From positions 35,543 through 99,542 of the forward strand of contig CAZWIJ010000004.1 in NCBI GenBank assembly GCA_964633865.1: a DNA stretch of 64,000 nt. Direction: 5' to 3'. Below the pieces are notes generated by a model that had not been told where the DNA came from, searched no databases, and saw only the letters and a list, made by a program, of their open reading frames with translations. Position 1 is the first letter of the stretch. Every line of letters starts with the position of its first letter. Shown in pieces: positions 10,174 through 19,568 of the stretch. Origin of the DNA: an uncultured Candidatus Saccharibacteria bacterium (GTDB lineage Bacteria; Patescibacteriota; Minisyncoccia; SW-4-49-11). Both the position numbers and the translations under genes were made by a program.

Positions 10174-10548
10174 TTATAAACCTAAGTTCTTATCTGATAA
10201 GTCTTGTGTGTCTCCCATTTCTATATCTATATTTTCAATATCCTCCAGAATAGTGTCTACCTCTTGATCAAAATTACTATCATCAACTTTATCAGTTATT
10301 GCTGGCTGATTATTTTCAGGTTCAATAATTTGATTATTTTGACTAGTCTCAGATATAGTTTCTGGATTAATTTCTAAATCTTGGTTAATTTCTAAATTTT
10401 CTTGATTATTATCAGTTATCTTTATATCTCCATTATCTCTATAAATTGTATTTAGTAAAAAAAACAAACCTGCTGTTACAGCTGTAACAAAAATTAATAT
10501 TATAAATGTTTTTTGTCTTAGACCTATATTCTCATTTGGATTATTCAT
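10174..10548 (-). CDS. hypothetical small membrane protein with acidic C-terminus
   Basis: 124 aa with one TM helix and a low-complexity acidic tail. Confidence 0.35.
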   Translation of the reverse strand: MNNPNENIGLRQKTFIILIFVTAVTAGLFFLLNTIYRDNGDIKITDNNQENLEINQDLEINPETISETSQNNQIIEPENNQPAITDKVDDSNFDQEVDTILEDIENIDIEMGDTQDLSDKNLGL

Positions 10549-10551
10549 ATG

Positions 10552-11217
10552 TTAACTGTTAATTGTTTTTATATATGGTACAATTGTATTTCTTAGATAC
10601 TCTTTAATGTCTACAATTTCTTGCCTAAGCTTTAATCTCTTATTCCTCATAGCCAAAACATCACTTCTAAATGTAGTTGATAATTCCTCACAATTGGTAT
10701 TAATCAAATTATCTAATAATAAAGTGTATTCATTGTAAGTTATTAGATTTTGATCTATTTTACTACTGAATTGATCTATGTATGAATCTAAGGTTGTTTT
10801 ATCAATATTTTCTGAAGTTAAATATTCTGAAATATTATCTAATTTTGTTAAAATTCTTTTATTTATTTCTTGATTTTTAGAAAAAGCAAGAGTGGACTCT
10901 TCTTTTACTTTATTTAAACTAGATATTCTTAATTCACAAGCTTTTGTTAAATTGTTGGATTTTTGCTCTTTAATATTATTTTGTATTTCATCTCTTTTTT
11001 CGGTAACTTTTTCTTCTGTAACAGATCTTTGATTTAGTACTTGAGTATCTTCTGGGTTAATATTTTGATCTAAAGAATAAAGATTTGTTGTTCTTTCTCT
11101 CAGTCTTTCAGTTCTTGTGTCAAGACTATTAGCACTTATTACAGAAATATTATTTGAATATAATTGAGTAAAACATAAGAACGATATTACAATTCCTAGT
11201 TTAAATAAATTTTTCAT
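10552..11217 (-). CDS. hypothetical secreted protein
   Basis: 221 aa with an N-terminal signal-peptide-like segment. Charged, coiled-coil-like. Confidence 0.35.
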   Translation of the reverse strand: MKNLFKLGIVISFLCFTQLYSNNISVISANSLDTRTERLRERTTNLYSLDQNINPEDTQVLNQRSVTEEKVTEKRDEIQNNIKEQKSNNLTKACELRISSLNKVKEESTLAFSKNQEINKRILTKLDNISEYLTSENIDKTTLDSYIDQFSSKIDQNLITYNEYTLLLDNLINTNCEELSTTFRSDVLAMRNKRLKLRQEIVDIKEYLRNTIVPYIKTINS

Positions 11218-11289
11218 ATTATTGACTTTATTTATAATTTAATTACAGATACATTATATCATATAAAATATTGACTATCAATCCAAGAT

Positions 11290-12603
11290 TTATTTGATAA
11301 ACTTATATTTTCTTGACTTTTCTAATATAAATACCCTTTCACTAAAGAACATATAACCAAGCATAATAATAAATAATGTCATCATATTGATAAAAACAAT
11401 ATTAGTAAACACCTCTAAATTAATATTTTCGAAACCAAATTGTAATATTAAATATAATACTATATTAGATATTACAGGTAAAAGTAAAACTTTGATTTTT
11501 TGTTGATTTAAAAAGTAATTAATCAAAAGAACTATTAGGGAATATAATGTCATTATTATTGCAAATTTTGATAACAAAGGAGAGACTGACATATATTGAC
11601 TACCCAATAATAAATTTATTACTAAATCTGGGTTAAACTCATATATTAAATAAGCAAAAAATCCTGCTAGAGAAACTAAAGCCATTGATCCAAAAAATAT
11701 TCTATGTGGAGATTCTTTTTTAGCGGTTTTACTTGCAATTAATGGATACATTACAGTAGGAATAACTCCTGTAACATAAAATATCACTTTACCTGCTGTA
11801 GATAAAGCTACATAACTTGAAGCTTGATTTATATCTACTAATTTATTTTTAGCCAATATAACATCAATATTAGATAAAAATGTAATTCCCATAAATGCAA
11901 CAAAAGATGGTATTGCATATTGTATTAAAGGAGCCCATTGAATCTTAGTATATTTATTTTTTTTGGATTTATAAATTAGAGAAAGATCGCGAAGAAAGAA
12001 ATTAGATACTATATAAGTTAAAAAGGTTGCAAATACCATACCAAATACTGCTCCTGCAACTTTATATTCTTCTGGTAAAAAAATTACTAATATAACTGAT
12101 ATTAGTAATTTAGATATACCCGAGTTAAACTGTAAGAAAGAAAATGCTTTAAATCTATGTAATCCTTGTAAAGTACTTTGAGGTATATTAACTATAAAAG
12201 CAACTAATAATGATGCTGATAATATCCATAAAGAAATTGTATCCTGTAGTTTTAGGTAATCTTTAAAGAATGGAATGAAAATTATAAAGATCGCAAATGC
12301 TAATATTCCTAATGTAAAAATATTTCTAGTAAGTTTTCTTGAGAAATAATATACTTGATTTTCACTTGCATCAACTTTGATTGAGGCTGAGAATTTGGTT
12401 ACTATCAAATTTATTGTTCCTGAGAATATAGTGAGCATTGTAAGTAAAGAAGTTATACTAACTACATCAGCATAACTTTCTTTTGGTAAAATTCTGACTA
12501 TAACTAAAGTATATATATAGTTAATAATATTTAAAGAAAAAGATCCTATAAAAACAATTAATCCTCCTTTAACTAAACTATTATTAACTATTTTTTTTAT
12601 CAT
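11290..12603 (-). CDS. MOP-superfamily flippase (Wzx/MurJ-like polysaccharide or lipid-II transporter)
   Basis: 437 aa with ~12 predicted TM helices and the general layout of polysaccharide biosynthesis (Wzx) family proteins. Confidence 0.45.
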   Translation of the reverse strand: MIKKIVNNSLVKGGLIVFIGSFSLNIINYIYTLVIVRILPKESYADVVSITSLLTMLTIFSGTINLIVTKFSASIKVDASENQVYYFSRKLTRNIFTLGILAFAIFIIFIPFFKDYLKLQDTISLWILSASLLVAFIVNIPQSTLQGLHRFKAFSFLQFNSGISKLLISVILVIFLPEEYKVAGAVFGMVFATFLTYIVSNFFLRDLSLIYKSKKNKYTKIQWAPLIQYAIPSFVAFMGITFLSNIDVILAKNKLVDINQASSYVALSTAGKVIFYVTGVIPTVMYPLIASKTAKKESPHRIFFGSMALVSLAGFFAYLIYEFNPDLVINLLLGSQYMSVSPLLSKFAIIMTLYSLIVLLINYFLNQQKIKVLLLPVISNIVLYLILQFGFENINLEVFTNIVFINMMTLFIIMLGYMFFSERVFILEKSRKYKFIK

Positions 12604-12605
12604 TT

Positions 12606-13934
12606 TCAGATTTTATCTAGGATATCTTCTTCTTTATCTAAAATTGTTAATAAATTCATATCACCTGGATTGATAGTTTTATATTTATCTATAAATATAT
12701 CTTGGAAATAATTTATCATGGGAGTCCAAAATTCTTTATCATATAAAATTATATTCTGTGGATTAACTTTATCTGTTTGTATCAAAGTTAGTACTTCAAA
12801 CATCTGGTGCAATGTCCCTAAACCTCCTGGAAAAATCACATAATGATTAGATGGACCTGTCAATAAAACTTGCCTAGTAAATGGAAACTTAAAAGAAATA
12901 AAATCATCTACATATTCATTTATATTCAATTTATTTGACCTTCTAAGAACCATAGCATAACTTTTTTTACCTGATTCTCTTGAAGCTTTATTTATGGCTT
13001 CTGCAGTACCTTTTCCACCTCCAGTTAATAGTGAATAGCCTTCTTCTGCTACTATTTTAGCTAAATTATATGCTTTTTTATAATAAGTATTATCTGATTT
13101 GATTTTATTTGTGCCAAGTACAGTTATGTTTTTACTTAAGTTAGACTGGAATTCTAAACCTTCTACAAATTCAGCCATTATCTTAAATATTTTCCAATTT
13201 AGATTTAAATCACTAGAGTTAGAATTAGGAGCTAAATGAGTCATATTTGGTTGATCTTCAGTTGTACTTATAACTTCAAAAGCTTCTTCTGCAGTGTCAA
13301 CAATACTAATATTATTAATAAATTTCATCTCAATTGAATTAAGCATATCTACACATTTATCTTTCAAAAATTCAACTAGTGGTGTCCAAAATTCTACCCC
13401 AACTAGAATTATAGGAACTATTTGAGTAAATCCTAATGATTGTTCATTTATTACCTGAAAAAATTCATCCATTGTTCCAAATCCGCCTGGGAAATATACA
13501 TAAGCTTGCGATGGAGCTGTTAGCATTACTTTTCTTGTAAAAAAATATGAGAAATTAACTGATTTATTCACATAAGGATTAATTCTCTGTTCCATAGGCA
13601 ATTCTATACCAAGCCCAATAGAGATTCCCCCAGCTTCGAACGCTCCTTTATTCGCAGCCTCCATAATCCCAGGACCACCTCCAGTAATAGTAGAGAATTT
13701 ATTTATAGCAAGTAGCCTACCTAACTTTAAAGCTTCTTGATAATATTTATCATCTTGTCTAGTTCTTGCAGATCCAAAAATTGAGACTTCATTTTTAGTA
13801 TTAGATAATAGGTCATATCCTTCTACAAACTCAGCCATTATTTTGAATATTTTCCAAGAATTCTCTGTACTTATATCACAAATATTTTTTATATCTTGAA
13901 TTTGTCTTTGTTTAATCGGATCTGAGAAAGGCAT
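12606..13934 (-). CDS. tandem LOG-family (TIGR00730) fusion protein
   Basis: 442 aa with two complete LOG domains, each carrying GGGxG...EA and PGG(F/L)GT(M/L)xE motifs. Each domain is preceded by an identical WKIFKIMAEFVEG segment, indicating an internal tandem duplication. Confidence 0.6.
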   Translation of the reverse strand: MPFSDPIKQRQIQDIKNICDISTENSWKIFKIMAEFVEGYDLLSNTKNEVSIFGSARTRQDDKYYQEALKLGRLLAINKFSTITGGGPGIMEAANKGAFEAGGISIGLGIELPMEQRINPYVNKSVNFSYFFTRKVMLTAPSQAYVYFPGGFGTMDEFFQVINEQSLGFTQIVPIILVGVEFWTPLVEFLKDKCVDMLNSIEMKFINNISIVDTAEEAFEVISTTEDQPNMTHLAPNSNSSDLNLNWKIFKIMAEFVEGLEFQSNLSKNITVLGTNKIKSDNTYYKKAYNLAKIVAEEGYSLLTGGGKGTAEAINKASRESGKKSYAMVLRRSNKLNINEYVDDFISFKFPFTRQVLLTGPSNHYVIFPGGLGTLHQMFEVLTLIQTDKVNPQNIILYDKEFWTPMINYFQDIFIDKYKTINPGDMNLLTILDKEEDILDKI

Positions 13935-13970
13935 ATTAATTGTAATTTTAATTTATATATTTGCACTATG

Positions 13971-14044
13971 TGTTTCCGATTGGGATTGAACCAATAACCT
14001 ACAGCTTAGAAGGCTGTCGCTCTATCCAATTGAGCTACGGAAAC
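13971..14044 (-). tRNA. tRNA-Arg (anticodon TCT)
   Basis: Manual fold gives acceptor GTTTCCG/CGGAAAC, D-stem GCTC/GAGC, anticodon stem ACAGC/GCTGT with loop CTTCTAA, T-stem ATTGG/CCAAT with TTCAATC loop, discriminator A. CCA not encoded. Confidence 0.85.
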
Positions 14045-14070
14045 ATTCTTTATATATAATACAATAAATT

Positions 14071-14096
14071 AATATAAAAATCAACTGTTTTTGATT
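14071..14096 (-). terminator. possible terminator after DUF805 gene
   Basis: Minus strand: AATCAA-AAACAG-TTGATT hairpin followed by TTTTATATT. Confidence 0.35.
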
Positions 14097-14159
14097 AAAA
14101 GATTAGTTTCTTTTGTATAAAAAAATAGAGCTTAGGATAGTCTATTTTAAAGAATAAAT

Positions 14160-14570
14160 TTATTTTACAATAACTTCTTCATTCAAAGGGTTTTTACCAT
14201 ATTTATTCTCACCTTCATCCCCTCTAAAGAATGACCATATGAAAGGAGGAATTATTGTTAATAACCACCAACCAGATTTATTAATATCATGAAGTCTCCT
14301 TATAGAAAGAGCCACTGATGGTATAAAAAATATTAAACTAAATATACCTCCTCCAATATCATTAACTAGGATTTTGTCTGTTTTTGATTCATTTATTATT
14401 GTTTCCCAAATTTCATTTCCATAGATTGAATAATCTATAATACTAAGGATTATTCCGACTAAAATTGATATTAAAGTATACCATAAAACACCATACCAAT
14501 AAGCTTTCCTACTTGTCCTTCCTTTAAATTCTAATCCTCTTTTGATATATTCATTAATAAAGTAATTCAT
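14160..14570 (-). CDS. DUF805 family inner-membrane protein
   Basis: 136 aa. TM helices plus the RRLHDxxxSGWW signature of DUF805 (YhaH-like). Confidence 0.6.
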   Translation of the reverse strand: MNYFINEYIKRGLEFKGRTSRKAYWYGVLWYTLISILVGIILSIIDYSIYGNEIWETIINESKTDKILVNDIGGGIFSLIFFIPSVALSIRRLHDINKSGWWLLTIIPPFIWSFFRGDEGENKYGKNPLNEEVIVK

Positions 14571-14632
14571 AGGATTATATGTTTAAATTAATATTTTCAA
14601 TAAATTTATTTAGTATAATATATTATATTGTA

Positions 14633-15772
14633 TTATACAAGTAATTTATCAAATATTTTTTCAGTTTTTGTGACAGTTTTTTCCCAATCAAAACTTTCTA
14701 GTCTTTTTTTGCCATTCTTAATTAACTTATTTTTCAAATTTTTATCTGATAAAATTTTTATCATCCCTCTACTAATTGATTGTACATTGTTGGGATTAAT
14801 TAGTAAAGCTCCGTCTTGGGCTATCTCTTTCATAGCACCAATATCAGAAGTTATTACTGGAAGATTATTAATCCAACCTTCTAAAATAGGTAAACCAAAC
14901 CCTTCATACAAAGATGGATATGCTAACATTTCTGCATTTTGTAATAAATAATTTACTTCATTATCACTAATATATCCTAATAATTTAACTTGATTTTCTA
15001 ACTTTAAATCTTCGATTAAACCTGGCAAATCAGGGATCAATGGATTTTTAAAATAATTACCAGGAATATATAATTTTAATTCTGGATATTTTTTAGATAC
15101 TATCTTAAATGATTTAATTAAATTAACTACATTTTTTCTTAAATCAAGACCTCCTAAGTACAATATAAACTTATCTTTACTCTTTATTAGTTCAGATTTT
15201 AATTTAGTTTTCTTAGATAGTAATTTTTTAGTGGCAGCTAAATAAGTTATATCTATTTTTTCTTTCTTAATATTTAAAACTGATGATATTTCTTGTTTGC
15301 AAAATTTAGAAATTGTGATTATATGTTTCGCTTTTTTAATTGAGATATTTAAAAACTTAAAATAAAAGCTATATTTCCAATTAGGTATATATTCTTTAAT
15401 TCTGTTAGGAATTACATCATGGACAGTCATAACATGAGGAATATTCCTAATAATACTAACTGATTGATATGGACTCCAAGCCAAACTAAATGTATGATTC
15501 TGAAAAAAATAAGGAAAATAAAAATACTCCCAGATAAATTGTTTTAATAAGTCATCTCTTTTATAAAATAAATCTATAACTAAACTATTATCTTGAATAA
15601 TTTGTGGGAGATCTTCTAATGATAATGTATTTAACTTTGGTATATAAATAATATAATTATAACTATCATTTTTAAGTAACCCACATATTATATTTAAATT
15701 ATATTGTCCTATACCAGTTTTCAACTTTGCTAAAAAAAAACCATTCACACAAATTTTTTTTTTATTTGCCAT
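14633..15772 (-). CDS. glycosyltransferase family 4 (GT-B)
   Basis: 379 aa. C-terminal EGFGLPILEG motif and overall GT4 layout. Confidence 0.7.
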   Translation of the reverse strand: MANKKKICVNGFFLAKLKTGIGQYNLNIICGLLKNDSYNYIIYIPKLNTLSLEDLPQIIQDNSLVIDLFYKRDDLLKQFIWEYFYFPYFFQNHTFSLAWSPYQSVSIIRNIPHVMTVHDVIPNRIKEYIPNWKYSFYFKFLNISIKKAKHIITISKFCKQEISSVLNIKKEKIDITYLAATKKLLSKKTKLKSELIKSKDKFILYLGGLDLRKNVVNLIKSFKIVSKKYPELKLYIPGNYFKNPLIPDLPGLIEDLKLENQVKLLGYISDNEVNYLLQNAEMLAYPSLYEGFGLPILEGWINNLPVITSDIGAMKEIAQDGALLINPNNVQSISRGMIKILSDKNLKNKLIKNGKKRLESFDWEKTVTKTEKIFDKLLV

Positions 15773-15775
15773 AAT

Positions 15776-17077
15776 CTATTTTTTAGATTTAGATTTTGTA
15801 TTATCTTCAAAAACTAATTTTCTTTCTATAGTAGAGAGAAGTTTATCTATAGGAACAACTTCTTGATTATCACTAAACTGATCTTTGATAATTGCTGTAT
15901 TAGTAATTGCTTCTTTTCTTCCTATTATAACAGTAACGGTTGCTCCTAATTTTTTAGATTTAGATAATTGCTTCTGTAATGATTTAATACCCAAATGCTC
16001 TTTTACAACAAGACCACTTTTTTGCATTAAAGATAATATTTTTAATGCTGATTTCTGTCCATCATAACCTATAGAAGCTATAAACACTTGAGGTTTATCT
16101 TTTTCGAGCATATCTTTCTTTTCTTCAAAAATTATTTCCATCAAATTGTCTACATACATCTCAAATCCAACCGCTCCTAATTTTTTATCAATTCCAACTA
16201 ACTTCAAAATATTATCATGATTTCCACCCCTGACCAAAATTTTTTCTGGATTATCCTGAGAATATATTTCAAAATAAGTATTATCTTTAAAACCAATAGA
16301 ACCTGACATTTCTGGATTAAGAACATAAGGAATATCCAAAGAATCTAAGAAGTCAAGCACCTCTTTGAAATAAACAGAATTATCTTTATCTAGATAATCA
16401 ACAATACCTGTTAAAGGGATGTTCATCTCAGTATTTTGTTTTAAAGCTTCTTTATATAAGTTTATTGGATTTTCAATATTATTTTTGCATAATCTTTCGA
16501 ATCTTTTATTAAGCTTGGAATACAATTCATCATAATAATTTTTTCTGACTGAATCATCACCCAAACAATTAACATTAACCATTATATTCTTAACTCCTAT
16601 ATCTTCTAATATTCTATATGCCATAAGAATAGATTCAGCATCCCTAAGAGAAGATTTTTCTCCAACAATCTCTGATTTAAAGATATGCATTTGTTTTGGA
16701 TCTGTTTGTACATCATTATCATGATCTACAAAAGCCAAACCATAACTGTATACTTTTACAATATCATTTTCTAAAAGATTATTACTTTTTATAAGATTAA
16801 ATATACTAATTGGCCCAGGAGGCATCATAACAAATTCTGATTTTTGTAATATATGTAGGGAATTTTTATCTTTTATGTTCAAAGCATCTAGAGTCTTATT
16901 ATCAAAAACTAAACTTGATTCTCCCAAAGGTAATGTTAATTTTAAATAATCAGCACTTTTGAATAAATCTTTAATTTCATCTACTACATAATTCCAAACA
17001 TCTATTTTATTTGATAAAATATTATAATTACCTTTTACATTATCAGATTCTATATTACGATCAAATAGATTTTTCAT
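15776..17077 (-). CDS. class II aminoacyl-tRNA synthetase-like protein, divergent histidyl-tRNA synthetase (HisRS/HisZ family)
   Basis: 433 aa. C-terminal anticodon-binding domain resembles HisRS (...QKQLSKSKKLGATVTVIIGRKE...). AVGFEMYVDNLMEII resembles HisRS motif 3 (PAVGFAxGxERL). Motifs 1/2 are degenerate. Confidence 0.45.
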   Translation of the reverse strand: MKNLFDRNIESDNVKGNYNILSNKIDVWNYVVDEIKDLFKSADYLKLTLPLGESSLVFDNKTLDALNIKDKNSLHILQKSEFVMMPPGPISIFNLIKSNNLLENDIVKVYSYGLAFVDHDNDVQTDPKQMHIFKSEIVGEKSSLRDAESILMAYRILEDIGVKNIMVNVNCLGDDSVRKNYYDELYSKLNKRFERLCKNNIENPINLYKEALKQNTEMNIPLTGIVDYLDKDNSVYFKEVLDFLDSLDIPYVLNPEMSGSIGFKDNTYFEIYSQDNPEKILVRGGNHDNILKLVGIDKKLGAVGFEMYVDNLMEIIFEEKKDMLEKDKPQVFIASIGYDGQKSALKILSLMQKSGLVVKEHLGIKSLQKQLSKSKKLGATVTVIIGRKEAITNTAIIKDQFSDNQEVVPIDKLLSTIERKLVFEDNTKSKSKK

Positions 17078-17080
17078 AGT

Positions 17081-17716
17081 TTATTTATCTTTTATAAACA
17101 CTTCTTTTGTATACAGTGTAAGATCTTGAAATGGATATAATCTTACAAAAGGTTTCCCTAATATATTGTCTTCTGGAAGATACCCCCAATATCTAGAATC
17201 GGAACTATTATCTCTATTATCCCCCATTACAAAATATTGATTATCTTCTAATTTAATATCTATTGGTTCTGGAGATTTTGTTACTGTAAATTCATCTAAA
17301 TATTTTTCTTCCAGCACTAAACCATTTTCATTTTCACTGTTAAATATAGTAACCTTATTATCTTTAACGGTTACTCTGTCTCCTGGAAGACCTATAATTC
17401 TTTTTATATAATAGCCCTGCTTATGAGGATATTCTTCTATAAATTCAGTATCAAATATTACTACCTCGAATCTCTGGGGTTCTCTCAGCTTATAAGAGAG
17501 AACATCTACTACGACATAATCTCCATCATGAAAATTATTCTCCATAGATTGTCCTTTAACTAAAAAAGGTTGTGCTAAGTAATTTTTAATTAAAAAATAG
17601 ATCAATAACAATATTATTAGAAATTTAAAAAAATCTATAATTTCTTCTCTTAATGTATTTTTTTTAGAGATTTCTTTTTGGTCTGATGATTCGCTTTTAT
17701 CAAATATATCATTCAT
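17081..17716 (-). CDS. lepB: signal peptidase I
   Basis: 211 aa. N-terminal TM, SM-box (KGQSMENNF) and GDNRDNSSDSRYWG box E. Confidence 0.8.
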   Translation of the reverse strand: MNDIFDKSESSDQKEISKKNTLREEIIDFFKFLIILLLIYFLIKNYLAQPFLVKGQSMENNFHDGDYVVVDVLSYKLREPQRFEVVIFDTEFIEEYPHKQGYYIKRIIGLPGDRVTVKDNKVTIFNSENENGLVLEEKYLDEFTVTKSPEPIDIKLEDNQYFVMGDNRDNSSDSRYWGYLPEDNILGKPFVRLYPFQDLTLYTKEVFIKDK

Positions 17717-17792
17717 AAATTTCTTTTAATTATAATATATTATACTGTATTTTTTTCAATTAGTAAACCTTTTTATAAAATGTTAACCCAGA

Positions 17793-18466
17793 TTATATAA
17801 TACTTTTGTAAGTTTTTTTTGTAATAATAATATGATCTAATAAAGGTACTGACATTATATTACCTAAATTGATAATTTTTTTTGTCAAATCTAAGTCTGA
17901 TTTACTTGGTGTAGTATCTCCTGATGGATGATTATGAACTAAAATAACTGCTGATGCTGAATGAATAAGTGCTGGAGCATATATATCTCTTGGATGTGCA
18001 ATACTCTGATCCACTGTTCCTATAGATATAATTTCATCATGAATAATAATATGTTTTGTATTTAAATAAAGTCCTCTCAAATATTCTTTTTTTAAAGAAT
18101 ACATATCTGAAACATATTTCCATACATCTTCTGGTGAATGTATTTTTACTAAATCGCTCTCTTTCTTATTATAAAGTCTTCTACCTATCTCAAAACAAGA
18201 TATTATCTGACAAGCCTTAACTTTAGGAATATTAAAATCTCTCATTATATCCTGAACACTTTTATAACTCATTATTGCTTTAGAACCATAATCTGATAGT
18301 ATTCTTTGAGATAAATCTAAAACATTCTCACCTTTATATCCAGTACCTAGAAAATAGCTAAGAGCTCATTTAACTCCATAGCATCCAAACCAAATTCTAA
18401 TAATTTTTCCCTAGGTTGTTTATTTGTAGGAAGATCTTTAACTTTAGTTTTTATTTCATATTCCAT
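17793..18466 (-). pseudogene. radC: radC-like JAB/MPN-domain gene interrupted by a frameshift
   Basis: N-terminal 39 codons (MEYEIKTKVKDLPTNKQPREKLLEFGLDAMELNELLAIF*) stop at 18347-18349. The remainder (...GTGYKGENVLDLSQRILSDYG...HNHPSGDTTPSKSDLDLT) continues in a different reading frame (+2/-1 relative to the N-terminal part). The junction lies in a T4 run (minus strand, ~18351-18354); adding one T restores an intact ~224-aa RadC. ORF track shows only the C-terminal 159 aa (17793..18272). Confidence 0.6.
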
Positions 18467-18467
18467 T

Positions 18468-19187
18468 TTATTTATAGAATCCTTGGATTAATCTTATTTT
18501 TATAATAAGAGTATCTAATAAAACTTGAATATAATCATTCCATTTCACATTAGATCGTTCATCATTTTTCCATATAACAGCTACCTCTTTTATTTTATAC
18601 CCATAATATTTAGTTAGAGTTAGAATTTCTATGTCAAATGACCATTTCTTCATAGATAAAATTTTAAATACTTTGATAGCCACTTCTCTTTTGAAAAATT
18701 TAAATCCACATTGAGTATCTTTTATACCACCTATTAATAATAGTTGGATCCACAAATTTCCAAGATCTCCCAAGATTCTTTTTAGTATGTTTTGGGAAAC
18801 TATTACTTTACTTTCTGGTAAATCTCTAGATCCAATTATAACATCATATTTATCTTGATATGTAATAAATTTATCTAATTCTTTAATATTCGTAGAATTG
18901 TCTGCATCCATAAATAAAATCCAATCTCCCAAAGATTCCAAGACTCCTTGTCTAACAACAGCTCCTTTACCTTGATTAACCTCATTATCTATCAATCGAA
19001 TTTGTGGAATATCTTGTTTAATTTTATTAATTAAAGTAACACTATTATCTTTAGAACCATCATTAACCAAAACTATTTCTGATTCATTTTCTAAATTATT
19101 TATTTTCAAATAATCCAAAATATCATATAAAGTATTTTTTATTCTATATTCTTCATTATAAACTGGGATTACAATTGATAATTTCAT
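18468..19187 (-). CDS. glycosyltransferase family 2 (polyprenol-phosphate sugar transferase-like)
   Basis: 239 aa. LSIVIPVYNEE start and DxD-containing GT-A fold motifs (VNDGSKD, FMDAD). Confidence 0.7.
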   Translation of the reverse strand: MKLSIVIPVYNEEYRIKNTLYDILDYLKINNLENESEIVLVNDGSKDNSVTLINKIKQDIPQIRLIDNEVNQGKGAVVRQGVLESLGDWILFMDADNSTNIKELDKFITYQDKYDVIIGSRDLPESKVIVSQNILKRILGDLGNLWIQLLLIGGIKDTQCGFKFFKREVAIKVFKILSMKKWSFDIEILTLTKYYGYKIKEVAVIWKNDERSNVKWNDYIQVLLDTLIIKIRLIQGFYK

Positions 19188-19191
19188 ATTA

Positions 19192-19566
19192 TTATTTAGA
19201 TAACCAATCTTCTAAAATTATTCTAGCAGATTCAACATCAATACTAGATTTTTTTGCTAAATATTTTTTTGCTAATGCACTTGTCATCCTTTCATCTAAT
19301 AACTCCACTTTGCCTTTAAATTTATTCTTTAAATTATCAACAAAATTTCTGACTTTTTTAGTTTGGATTGTATCAATTGATTCTAAATTTAAAGGTAATC
19401 CAACTAATATCAAATCTATTTCTAACTCTTGTATTATAGACACTAAATTATTAAAAAGGTTCTTATCATTATAAATCATCTTCAAAGGTAGTGCAATATT
19501 TAATCCTGAATAACTATGAGCTAAGCCTATCCTAGTATCACCATAATCAATAGCTAGTATATTCAT
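19192..19566 (-). CDS. ruvX: Holliday-junction resolvase-like putative pre-16S rRNA nuclease YqgF/RuvX
   Basis: 124 aa beginning MNILAIDYGDTRIGLA, the characteristic RuvX N-terminus. Confidence 0.8.
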   Translation of the reverse strand: MNILAIDYGDTRIGLAHSYSGLNIALPLKMIYNDKNLFNNLVSIIQELEIDLILVGLPLNLESIDTIQTKKVRNFVDNLKNKFKGKVELLDERMTSALAKKYLAKKSSIDVESARIILEDWLSK

Positions 19567-19568
19567 TT

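Noticed and set aside
13935-14160. tRNA-Arg as integration site for a mobile element or prophage
   Set aside because: No integrase, recombinase, direct repeat of the tRNA 3' end, or phage-like genes flank the tRNA. Neighbours are housekeeping or accessory genes.
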